A DNA stretch of 64,000 bases from the human T2T-CHM13v2.0 reference genome, Homo sapiens: the NCBI RefSeq assembly GCF_009914755.1, contig NC_060926.1. One strand, given 5' to 3'. This document shows, piece by piece, positions 40,707 through 53,910 of this stretch. The translations under genes were made by a program, and so were the position numbers. Position 1 is the stretch's first letter. Every line of letters starts with the position of its first letter. The notes under the pieces are model-generated. The model was not told the DNA's origin, ran no database searches, and saw only the letters and a list, made by a program, of their open reading frames with translations.

Positions 40707-41034
40707 GGCCAGGCGCCGTGGTTCACGCCTGTAATCCCAGCACTTTGGCAGGCCGAGGTGGGCAGATCACCTGAGGTCAGGAGTTCGAGACCAGCCTGGC
40801 CAACATGGCAAAAGCCCGTCTCTACTAAAAATACAAAACTTAGCCATGCATGGCGGTGGGTGCCTGTAATCCAAGCTACTCAGGAGGCTGAGGCAGGAGA
40901 ATCCCCTGAACCCAGGAAATGGAGGTTGCAGTGAACGAAGATAGCACCACTGCACTCCATGCACTCCAGCCTGGGTGACAGCATGAGACTCTGGCTCAAA
41001 AAAACAAGAAACAACAATAACAACAACAACAACA
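40707..41034 (+). mobile_element. AluS (Sx-like) with a (CAA)n tail
   Basis: TSD aagtttgaag(c/t)ttcct at 40691-40706 and 41035-41050; internal 9-bp tandem duplication tgcactcca at 40951-40968. Confidence 0.96.
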
Positions 41035-42155
41035 AAGTTTGAAGTTTCCTGCTTTATTTAACATTAATGCCAATTTTGCATTTGACTCCATCATGTAATG
41101 ATGATCTTTCCATTAATTACATTTTCCTCAAAAATTCATAAGTAAAATAAATGCTCCATGAAAGTTGCCATGTTTATCCTACAGCCCAGGGTTCACCCAG
41201 GATACCACCACCTCACTCGACACTCCCCAGTTTGAGAAGAAAAGCAACAAGGGAATGAAAGTACAATTCTGAATCTTGGAAGGAGAAGTGAAAAGAATGC
41301 TTATCAAAGTAGGGGAAGACAGAAAAGAAGAATTTTTTGGTATTTTTCCCATAGTCATTTTCCATAACTTCTGAGTCACTGCTAGAAAATGATTAAAGTA
41401 TTATGTTGGCTTATCATGAACTTTTCCATCAAACTGTGTTCATTTGGCAAAAAGTTTTCTCTCCTAGGGACCATCAGAACTTGGCTTAGGAACAGGCTCT
41501 CCAAACACCTTGAGAACTTCATGCACATAAGTGCAACTCCTTGATCCCTTAATACATCTAAGTTCTGATGAAGTCAATGAAGGTGTCAGAGCAAGACACA
41601 AAATCCTCAAGGGACTACCACCAACTTAGCTTTTCCAGTTCACATGGAGATGTTAACTCCACTTATCAAAGAGAAGTACAAAAAGGCACTCAATTATGAA
41701 AAGTAGAAACCAAAATGAATGATATTGTGAGTTGGCCTCAGCTGGGGTTTCCTGAATTTATTACCTTAGAAAGTTAAAAATTGGATCTGCCTCTTCCACC
41801 CAATATGGTAGTTGGTGGAAAGTAGTGTCTCAGAGCAAATCGCCAGAGTCATGGTGGCCTCCTCAAAGAGGAACAGCTACGCAAACCCCACCAACGCAAA
41901 AGGAGAAAGAATAATCACTTGGAGAAGCAAGTTAATGAAATCATGTGTGTAAAGACAAGTAAAATTTTAATACTATTATTAGATAGTTTGATATATGATG
42001 AAATCAAGAGGGAAAGACTTAGAGATATGAAAGAAAGGGGAAGTCAGGAGGCCAGGGAGGACCTGGGAGGCCAGGGAGGAGGAGTAGGGAACGGTAGAAA
42101 GAATGCAAAGCCCAGAAGAAAGAGAACAGAAAACACAGGAAGAGAAGAAGATAGC

Positions 42156-42441
<286 letters not shown>

Positions 42442-42932
42442 TTAACCATTTTGGGGGAAAAAAAAAAACTAGTACTAGTATAAGCCCGAAACTTCAGAAG
42501 ATGGACCTTCCACTTGAATTGTGGTTCAGTCCACCTTCTTGAAACAAAACAGTAATGATTTTGTTTCCATGGCCACATCTTCTGTCATGATTTGATTTGC
42601 GGGAAGAGTTTACAAAGATGTGATTGTACCTAGCAAAAAGTATTGTCAACAGATTTACTTATTAGAGTAAGGAGCATCATTTTCTCTATTTCATGCCAAA
42701 GTTAGGCATTGAAGCAAACCTCTCTCTCTCAAAAATACACACACGGACACACACACACAGGAGCACCTACACATACATCACTCTCTCTCACACCAGCCGG
42801 ATATTCATGTCGATACCAAGTCCCAAAGCCTCTCTCACCTGAGTTTCCACCATCTTTCTTCCTTATAAGCTTCAAAGCTGCATACGTGATGTAGGAAACC
42901 AACTCTCACTTGCCATATCAAAACACAGCCAA

Positions 42933-43309
<377 letters not shown>

Positions 43310-46300
43310 TTACAGGGTCCTTCTTCTCCAGCGTCCTGGTAAAGGAGACAACAAAACAGCCAAAAGGTAGACAGACCCTGGAGAAGAGGTGTAAAGAGCT
43401 GGGAAATCCTCTAGTCCTGACTAATTGAAAGTAGACCAGGGATCCCTGTGTTCTATGAACCCTCCACTGCAATTGGACAGTAGGCTCCCTGAAAAGGCTC
43501 AAGCACTGCTCAGATCATTCCAAATTACAAGGGGGAAAATCCCTTGAATGAAGAGCTCAGTGAGCAATCCCCACCTATTTTAAAGTGTAAGGACACCACC
43601 AGAAACATGAAAATCTTCCTCCCACTCTTGTTCTTAGTCACTTGAGCCCACTACACTCATGTGCGTGGATGCAGAAAATAAAAATGGCCTGCAGTCCCTT
43701 GAAAAACTTTCCTTAATCTTGATGTTACTTTAAAGCCATCATAAATCATGCAACCTGCCAATCTTGTTGTGTTTTATAAACTGTGGGAGCAGTAGAGCAT
43801 TTCTGGCCCAACGATCTCCTAGTAACAAATGCCAGTTCTAATGCCACTGCATTTTCTCAATACCACTTGACCTCTTAAACAAGGCCCTACAAATATATTA
43901 ACTGTCATATTCTCAATTTCTTTTTTTACAATGGGAAGTGATATTCTCTTATGACTAGCCTGATGGAGCCAAAGGCAGCTTCTTTCTGGACATTGAAAAA
44001 ATACCCAATTGTGGTACATAGGCCTTTCCTGCCTGATAGCTACCACCCCTAACACTCCTGAGTTATCTCTTCCCTATAAACCCCTAGGGTCACACCCCAC
44101 AGGCTCTCCAGGTTCCTGCTGAATCCCAGCCTGCCCATGCTCCTTGATGGCATCCAAATCAGTGCCAAAACCAAGCCCTGAAGGGGGACACTCTGCATGG
44201 CCTTCAGGATCAATGGAAAAGGCAGAACCCAGGCGAGCCGAGGGCCTGGCTTGCCTTCAGGAAATTCCGGGCCGTCTGCAGCAGCTGTGCTTCGAGTAGT
44301 ACAACAAATTCACTTACTGAATGACAACAGCTTTATTGGCAAGCCAATTCAATTAAAGCCCCTGCATCCAACAAAGTCTCCGGCAGCCCTCTCTGCATAA
44401 AGAACATGGAATCGTGCCTACATTTCCCTGAGTGCCCTCAGCCCTAGCTGTCCCTCTACATGAGAGGGAGAGGGATGAATGAATTAGACACGGATGATGG
44501 TAATTAATGGCTGGCTGTCAGAGAGTCATTTTGGAGGCTCAGCCGTTGAAGGCTCCATATTAAAGGCCGGATCCCAGCACAAACTGACCAGGACAGGCTA
44601 GAACTCCCTCTCTAAATGGTAGGAGTGACGTGGGCACCTGGGGCAAGAAGGGAGGGGGAAGCAGGAGATGGCGAAGGAGGTTTAGAGGGGAAGTAGAGAA
44701 GCAAAACAACAGGCTGCTTGCGTTGATCAATGCTTTTTACACTATTGATATATAAATAATATGTTCATTTTTCGTTTTTACAAAATATGTCCTTTAGGCT
44801 ACCATTACGGCAAACTGACTTCAGAGTTCTGACATGAGCTTATTAGGGGGCGGAAAGGGAGGGCTGCCTGTAGAACTAGAAACAAAACACATTTTCTCAT
44901 AAAATATACATAGCAGATCATTTTCGCCTTCAGTAACAAAGATAAAATCAGGGAGTTTTTTGATCCCTGGCACAGTCTCGCCAGCCATTCTTTTGGTACT
45001 TGGAGAGGCCTTAAGGAAGAGGGGATGGAGGATGGATGGAGAGGGATGGAGGAGGGGCACCAAAGGGAAGGACATGGATAACAAGTGGGCTCCAGCTGGC
45101 TCATTTCCATGAAGGTGGGCAGCCCTCACTCTGCCTGCCGCCAGTGCCACCAACAGAGCCAAGTGCAGGTTAACTACCTAGCGGGAGATAACTTGGGTAT
45201 ATTGTGGTTTAATTATTCCTGATAGTAACAGGTTACCATATGCACCATTTGGAGCATAAACATAGGCCACATCCTAAGGGCCAACCTGATCCTTCTCCAA
45301 CAATTCAAGTCGGGTGAAAAGCTAGGCTCCCGGCTCGTTCTATTTGTGCAAGTCCTAGTCTTAGAGGCCACAGGGCCTGAGCTTCCACCCATGAAATGTG
45401 GGGAATTCTGTGACTATACTAGAATGAACTTCTTATCTCACTCCCATAGAGGACAAATTCCAGAAATTCCATTCAGAAAATCTGCCTCTCTGCTCATGGC
45501 GATCCTCCAGAATGTTTGCCTAGAATCGAACTTCAGAATTAACAATTCAGAGCAAATGCCAACTCCACCAGGAAGCTTTCCCAGATTCTCTCAATAGGAA
45601 TAAATTACTTCCCTGTTACATTCCTACAGAACCCTGCATGTGCCTGTATCGTGGTCTTTAATTCATTTCTTTTACACCATAGTCTCCTCATGTGCCTTCC
45701 CTAATAGATAAGAGGCTTCCTGGAGCCGGGGTGTGGGCTTTCTATAGAGCTAGTGCTCAATAAATCTAAGCAGAATTGAACTGAATGGCCCTTAGGAAAT
45801 GGAAATAATTTGGCAATGCCTTAGTCTTGGAAAGTTGTATAGGGCCTTATTATGACCCTGCAGCCATCAAGATTTCACTGCCGCTTTCTTCATTGCAGCC
45901 ACCAAATTAGTTGCCCACTTTAATTAGAACAGAGGCCAGATGTCTGGCCAGCCCTACTAGAACCGGAAGAGCTAGCAAGCTGGTGGAGTTTCCCAGCTGG
46001 GGGCCCAAGTGGCTGGCTTCATGTGGTTGGGTCACCTTCCCTTGCATACTTCCTTCCCTCTTGACTCCTTTCTCCCCCACCCCCATCCTGAGGACAGCTG
46101 TCCCTTTTATCACCAAAGCCCTTTCCTGACAACACATCTGTCCAGCACAATGTTTCACACTGTCCCATGATTCGGTTACCCAAGGCATTTGCATCTTTGA
46201 TCACTGCAAGGGCATGAAACACTTGTGTCCATAAAGAGCCAGCAGAGACAGGGTATCCCCTTTCTGAAGCCTACCATCCACTAAGTAATGAAATCTAATA

Positions 46301-46765
46301 TTTAAAGGGCATGACACCCGTTTATACTAGATTTCATTAATCAATGTTTCATGGAAGGGATAAATCCTTTATGCATGCCTTTTTCCTGATTTTTCCCCCA
46401 TTTAAAAAATGCAGTGCTGATTTTTCTTCCCTGCTATTAGCTCACATAGACCCACTACTGTGCACCCTTGTTCCCAGCCTCCCAAAACTCACCCTTTCAC
46501 ATTCACTCTGAGGTCATGAAGTTCAATGGAGAAAACAAAGGGGTAGAATGAGGGACAGAAAGGTGTTCTAGTTAGTCTTAAGCATGTTTCATTAAATAAA
46601 ACCTTCATAAACCCTAAAAAAGAATGTCATTGTAATTACAAGCTCATATTTGGCATGCCAGTGGCCAATACATCCAGTGCCTCCAAAATATTAAGTAGAG
46701 GGTCACAGCTTTCATTTGTACACTCACTAAGTGCTATATTACTGACATTAAAGAAGACAAGAATG

Positions 46766-47079
46766 GGCCGGGCGCGGTAGTTCATGCTTGTAATCCCAGC
46801 ACTTTGGGAGGCTGAGGTGGGCGGATCACTAGGTCAGGAGTTCGAGACCAGCCTGGCCAACACGGTGAAATCCCGTCTCTACTGAAAATACAAAAAATTA
46901 GCCAGGCATGGTGGCGCGTGCCTGTAATCCCAGCTACTCAGGAGGCTGAAGCAGGGGAATCACTTGAAACTGGGAGGTGGAGGTTCCAGTGAGCCTAGAT
47001 CATGCCATTGTACTCCAGCCTGGGTGACAGAGCAAGACTCCATCTTGAGGAAAAAAAAACAAAAAAACAAAAACAAAAA
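46766..47079 (+). mobile_element. AluSg-like
   Basis: ggccgggcgcggtag...ggatcactaggtcaggagttcgagaccagcctggccaacacgg; TSD aagacaagaatg at 46754-46765 and 47080-47091. Confidence 0.96.
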
Positions 47080-47569
47080 AAGACAAGAATGGTATTCTTA
47101 TTACCACCACAAAAACCCACACCTTAGGTGAAGTTCAGGTAAATAGGATATCACAGATATCTTTCCTGGAGGATGTTGACCAAAGAATATTCCGATTGCC
47201 TTGTTTAACACCTTTGCACATAGGCTCTTGTGTACCTGCATATGGCAGTGAAATTGCAATAAAGCAATAACAACCAGCGCCAAAGCAAGTAAGTATGTTG
47301 CAAAGGACAGAAGAGTCCTAACACCACCACAAGACCTCTGAATGAATCACAGGTACTTTTAAGGTGTCTGAATGCCTATGACTGTGGTAATACTCATAAT
47401 GCTACATGTTCTCCTCAACTTATGGAATAGTGAAGACCCAATAAATTGTTAAATAATGCCCCATTTTCCCACTGTAATTGTTCTATAAAGCCCCTTTTCC
47501 CCATTAGTTTCAAATGCAATGTCTACTGTTGAGCAAATATCCTGGTTCCTGAATGACACTTTTTAAAAA

Positions 47570-47960
47570 ATGCAACAAATAATACAAATATGGAAAAACA
47601 ATATGCACATATATGCCCATTGCAATATGACTTATAACAGTGGGAAACTGAAAGCAATCAAAATGATTACAGTAGGTAAATGGTTAAGTAAATTATGATA
47701 CACAGCCATGGACCTTCATGTAGCCATTAGGAGGACAAAGACTACACAGTAACATGGAAAAATGCAAAATGACACATGCTAAGTGGGAAAAGAAACTGGA
47801 AATAGTATGACACTGTGGTTACAACTAGATAAAAGCATACTTATTTTTTAAAAAGGCTGGAATGAAATAAACAAAAATAATAACCGTGTGAGGGATCATG
47901 AGTGATATTATCCCTTATCTTTACTTCTCGAAATATCCATAATGCTCTGTCTTTATGATG
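47570..47960 (+). mobile_element. L1ME 3' remnant
   Basis: gggaaactgaaagcaatcaaaatg...taggtaaatggttaagtaaattatg...catggaaaaatg...ctaagtgggaaaag. Confidence 0.7.
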
Positions 47961-48522
47961 CAAAAGAAATGGAAACCTAGCAACTCTTTAAAGAACTATT
48001 ATTTTTTAAGTAGGCATAATTTTGAAATAAAGAACAGTAATATGCAAAATATTCTAACTATAGTAAACCCAAATTAAGATGTTTCATGTGGAGACAGCTA
48101 CCCTGGCAGGATGAGTATCTCCCCACACTACTGCTTGCAGAGCTAATGCACATCCCAGGTAGCTTTCCATTGACACAGAGTTATAGGCCTCTTTCTAGAT
48201 ATTTTCATTTCACCTGAACAGTTTATTTCAGTATCACTGGATGGGAGAAAGCAGCAGTGGCAGCAGGGAAACAGGGCTGGAATGTCAAGTGCCTGCTTCA
48301 ATATAAAGGCCAGTTGTCCAATAGGCTGGCTGGTGACTTGGCAGCTGCAATGAGGCTGTTCATGGGTGGACCCTGGAATGGCCACAGGGAGAGAGATACG
48401 GAGCCAGGAAGAATGAGCCTACCAGTTTAGAAAAACTCAAATCTTGGCTCTGCTACAGAAGACCCCAGGATACTAAAACAACTTGCAGCTTTGACCTGAG
48501 ATCCGCTGTGTATGATCTTTGA

Positions 48523-48895
<373 letters not shown>

Positions 48896-50098
48896 AATTT
48901 TATTTTCTTCTTCCAAATGTTACCTCCCATTGTTCCAGTGGATCATGCATACTTCTTGGCCAGAATCCATTCCCAAATGAGCACCTCTGCGTCTCACAGA
49001 AAAGAGTGTACCTAAAATTTAGTTCATGGCAGCTGGAAATAATTTACAAGTATTTGCTGACAATAAATAACTTCCTAAATTATACAAGGAGACCTTGAAT
49101 AACCAAAAGTTATCTGCATGATATCCCACTCACATAGGTACACTATTTTCACTTCACATTAAATTTGTACAGGTAGCACATTTCTTGTATCACGAAACCA
49201 CCTCTTCTATAGTCTTCGGTGAGTAGAACTTATGTTCCCACATAAGCTATAAATGCTAATAATTTTTTAAGACAATGGTCTCCTCCTAGGAATTGGCTTT
49301 TTACCATAACACTTTTGATGACTTTATCAACCCTGGTGTATTAAAATATTCAAATTCAAATTCATAAGCATAAACTATCTAACACTGGTCTGTGAGTCTA
49401 CTCCTAAGACTAGCTCTTTAAGCTGTTACAGCCACTTTTATATGCAACCTGAGTACAAGACAATATCATATTCAGCTTGGAAGCCAGACCTTATAAAGTG
49501 TGAAATCTTTTAACACACCATAGGAGTGCGCAGAACAATTATAATAAGTATTGCACATATTTTAAAATATGACTCTTTTGCTGACCTCTTCCTCATCTCA
49601 GTGTTTTTGGTCTCACTTCTGTGGTCTGTACAGTAAGTTGTTTCAGCCATGTTCTTCCCAGGGAAACGATAGGAAGAATGAGCTCTTCTCCCAGGTGAAA
49701 GTCCTCGTCAGCACCTGAATCATGGAGAAGTAGACATAGGATAGCAAGAAAAGGCAAGAAGTGTCTCCTTGGAACAGTGATTTATTTTGTCTTTAATAAG
49801 CAGCAACACAGTACCCATACTTTTCTTGGCATGAGCAGAGTTTAGGAAGTTACTTTCATTTCTGAAACAGGCACACAGGTGCCTTCTCACTCTGCACTCA
49901 CTCCTGCATCCCCTACTCTGTAACTTCCCCCTTGCACTCTCAGGTTTTTGCAAGTCTGCCTGAAACAGCTTTTTAAACCTACTGTTAAATCAAGTCCTAC
50001 CCTTCGCTACAGAAATCTCAGCCCACCCAGAGTCAAGGAAGAGGGTTATTGCAGAAAGGAGGCATTAAGTTGGAAGGATACTTGGGGAGCCTCTAGCC

Positions 50099-50216
50099 TA
50101 GTGGTCGTCAAACCTGAGTGTGTCTCTGAATCAACGAAGGAGAAGATGCCCCAGCCCAGAGACTCTGATTCAGCGGATCTGGGGAGCAGCCTGGGAATAT
50201 ATATACACACACAGGA

Positions 50217-50264
<48 letters not shown>

Positions 50265-50326
50265 CTCTCTCTCTCTCACGTAACTTTGTCACAGGTGGCC
50301 CAAGCACAGCACTTTGAGAAACACTG
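50099..50326. mobile_element. MER5-family MITE containing a (CA)n(CT)n microsatellite at 50221-50277
   Basis: cccagagactctgattcagcggatctgggg...cactttgagaaacactg. Confidence 0.75.
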
Positions 50327-50699
50327 CTGTAGTTCAATATCCTCTGAGGGTCAACGCAGTTGCCCAAGACACATGAACCATTGGCAGTAGAGTTAGGAGT
50401 AGCATTCAAGTCTGTAGACTCTTGCCACATCCTGCTGCCCCAGGGAGCTACAGGAAAAGCAATTACAATGGGAGCCTGGGCAGGAGTGGGGGTGGGCACT
50501 ACTCTCCCCAGTGGATCCCAAAATGTTCAGTGGCATTTGAAGCCTAGAGGAGCTACTTAGTGGAGTTGGTAAGAAGTCTTAATTCCACCTTTAACCATGC
50601 CCGTGGCTGATCTTGCTCACAGAAGCCACAGCAACAAAACTCTTTTCTAACCACCTGCATTTGATCCGCTATCTACACAGAATTGGGAAGCTGGGGCTG

Positions 50700-50880
50700 G
50701 CTTGGAGAATCGAAAATGCAGTCCCAGCTTCACAGGTGCCAGCCATGTGTGAGCACGCCACTCACCCTCCCTTAGGCTTCTGTCTGTTCATCTGCAAATG
50801 AGTCTAATACCTACCCTGCCTGTTTTTCTGATTTGTTGTGAGGATCAAATGAGATCATAGGATGTTCTTTGAAAATTAAA
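50700..50880 (+). mobile_element. MIR
   Basis: tcatctgcaaatgagtctaatacctaccctgcc...ttgttgtgaggatcaaatgagat. Confidence 0.7.
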
Positions 50881-52959
50881 ACCTTCCAGAAGTGTCAGTT
50901 CTTGTCTAGTATGCACAGACTCCTTATGAATCTTGGGCAAACATAGAATGAATCCTCTTCTAAAACAAGAATTACACAGAACAGAGTGTCTCAAAACTAC
51001 CATCCTAGCTCATATTTTCTAGGAAGCCTATAGCCATTCTACACAGTGTTAATGCGGACCTGTGCTAAGCAGACCAGAAACAATGAAGGCTTTAGGAGGC
51101 ATTTCAGGACACGTTCAGACTTGGACCCAGCGGCTCCGTTGACTCCCCACACCCAAGACCCACAGCCACAGGACACGGGCTTCTCTGGTCCACTTAGCCC
51201 TCGTCAGCGCCAACAGTTCTAATGATTCCAGGGTCCTTCGATGGCCCTCCCGCCCAGCCATCTAAACACATGATGCTGAAGGCACTTCCTGTGCCTCCTC
51301 ACCAGCCCTCACAAGCGCATTCCACGCAGGATTCCAAATAATCAATTTTCTGCCTGTAGTTGCATGTTTAGAATGAGAAAAACTTTTCAGACCTTTGCTT
51401 TTTATTCCAGATGGAATCTGTTTATAGAAAAACCAGAGCTCCCTTCAGGGGCCACGGAGGGGTGGAGGAAGGTTGGCAGAGGGGGCTTCTGGGAAGGCTT
51501 TGGGGCCCCAACTTCCTCTTCAAATAGAGCAGCTGCACTTCTACCTAATTGGGCTTCCACAGAAGGCCTCATTTTGCTGATTTTTTTTTTTAAATGCATG
51601 AAAACTAGTCATCTAATCCACAGCTTTGTAGGTGAAGAGATCACACTGGAGAAACGTTAACTGATTTTCCAACTTCCTCCTTCAGCCACTTGTAGAAGAA
51701 AGATGGAAGATCCTGTCTCTATAGAAGGCCTTCCTGCCAGGGTCCTCGGTCTCAGCCAAGGCGCCTACTTCGGGCAACCCCTGGGAGGGGCTTCTCCTGC
51801 CCTGTCCCCCACCTAGAAGCTCACAGTAGTGATCACGTCCTGTCCCACTTCATCAGCCCCTCCCTGGGGCCTCTCCTGGGCTCTCCAACTAATACCTGGG
51901 TCGCATCCCCAGGGTTCCTGGCCTCCTCAGGCTGCTTGTTTGGTCCTCTGGTTTCCAGATAGCATCAAGTTTACAGAATCAGCTCCACTCCAAGAGTTCT
52001 TTCAAAGGACAGTTCTCAAAAGAAACATATTAATGCCTCTGAAGTGGCACCAGGAAGCAAGTCTGAGTAATGCACCCTAGTTGTCACCCCTGGTTGCCCC
52101 TCAGGGCCCAGGCCTGCTGACTCTCCCTAGCTCAGGATGTGTTTGCAGGTCTCCAAGGCTGTCCTCCCAGAAGGTGTAAGCGGAAACTTGGTGCTCTTTC
52201 TGGACAATGTCCAAACCCATAGCTGAAGGCCCTGGCAAAGCTTCAGGTTGTTCTTCATAGGCTCCTACCATAGGGTCCAGAGATGCAGATGGAGACTGAG
52301 TTCCCAGCTATCTACAGACATGATACTGGTGTTTTAAGAGACGACACTGGGTGGACCTTAAACAATGACTTGGATGTCATACAGGGAGGAGTAGTATTTA
52401 GATATAAAAAAAACTTCCAGAAATTTCTTCTTCCTTTGCTACAGGCTGTCTCTGTGGTCTACTCTCTCCTCACCCCACCTCCCAGCCAGAAGAGGAGTAC
52501 ACAAGAGAAGGCCAGGGGTCTGCAGACTGAGCCTTTTTCCACAGGACAAATTGCATCTCTCAAATACCTGATAAAAAGTCTCCAGGTGTCACCAGCATCT
52601 GTGGTCTCCCTGGTACTTAAGTAGCAAGCCCAAGGACTTGGCTCACAAAGAGGGGATCCAGAGATAACAGGGTGGTGTTCACCCCACAGTGTAATGTCCC
52701 AGCATCTGTCACATGTTAATAGGTGCTTTGTTTTTGACAGGGATCCTTGAACCAGGGTTCCTTGGAGAGAATGGCTGATTCCAGCTCTGGGGGTAAAATA
52801 GAGCAATGTAATCCTAGGACATTGTGAACCAAAAAGTAAGAATGTAACCAAAGATTAATAGATAGGATGAGGCAAGGAGAGGAAATGAAGAAAAAGCAAA
52901 GGAAAGAGAGGGGGAGGAAAGGAAAGGGAGCGGTTACAAAGGACTTTTGATACCAATTA

Positions 52960-53126
52960 GTAAATATGCACATAGCATATGGAGTGTTTATTAGATAACA
53001 TTATAATATCTATGGAAAATTTATGAGACATGAAAATAGTATTATGGCTATGTACAAAAATGTCCTCATTCCTAGAAAATATAGCCTGAACTCATGTGTA
53101 TGTGTGGTGTGTGATGTGTTGGTGGG

Positions 53127-53170
<44 letters not shown>

Positions 53171-53322
53171 ATAGACAGGAGAGAAGGAGAGGTAGAGATT
53201 GAGAAAGAGGTAAAGCAAATGTAGCAAAATGTTTATTGGTGAATGTTGGTGAGTGCTGTACAAGTGTCCATTGCACTAGTCTTCCAACTTTTCCTTAGGT
53301 TTGAAATTTCTCTGAATAAATA
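52960..53322 (+). mobile_element. L1MC-like 3' end containing (TG)n at about 53131-53169
   Basis: gtattatggctatgtacaaaaatgtcctcattcctagaaa...aaagcaaatgtagcaaaatgttta...tgtccattgcactagtcttccaacttttc...tttgaaattt. Confidence 0.8.
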
Positions 53323-53344
53323 CTGGAGGGGTAGGAGAAGAGGT

Positions 53345-53910
53345 TTTGTACGGGGGCAAATGTACCTTGATGGGAATAAAGCTTAAGTGTCACCACCCCT
53401 CTCTAGATGGGGCCCTTTCAAGGCCTGGTTAATGAGGGTCATCAGTTTAAAGAATAGGTGAGATAAATTACTGCACCAGAAAACTCAGAACATTGTGAAA
53501 TCTTACAGCTCACATATGAAGGAAACTTAAGAGATGTCCCAAATTTGTCAACAATCCTAAAACTTCACATGATAGTACCAATAACAAGCAACAAAACTGA
53601 CCTTTTCTTAATTATTAATAACAAAAAATAAATTTTCATCAATCATGTTAGGGAAAGACTAAATTAGGTTTCTAGCCTCTTTGTAGAAAAGATTTCCAAA
53701 TTGTTGTCATATGAAGAGGTGAGCAAAGAGTGCAGAGCTATAAAATATAGAAGGAAAAGTATTATAGAAATATGTCAAGCAATTAATGAGTAAAAATATT
53801 ACATTAGTTTTCTAGATTTTGTCATGTTTGTGGCATTTATCAGTGTTTTAATAACTGTATAACTTGTTATTTATTTCCTCCTCTATAAGAATTCACTTTC
53901 ATAGCCTCCT
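53345..53910 (+). mobile_element. hAT-Tip100 DNA transposon remnant (Zaphod-like)
   Basis: Manual translation of about 53539-53745 gives a broken hATC dimerisation motif: PNLSTILKLHMIVPITS...KNKFSSIML...ERLN*VSSLFVEKISKLLSYEEVSKE. Confidence 0.75.

Noticed and set aside
48300-48325. TATAAA plus CCAAT as a core promoter
   Set aside because: The order is wrong for the plus strand and the spacing (about 10 bp) is too short for the minus strand.
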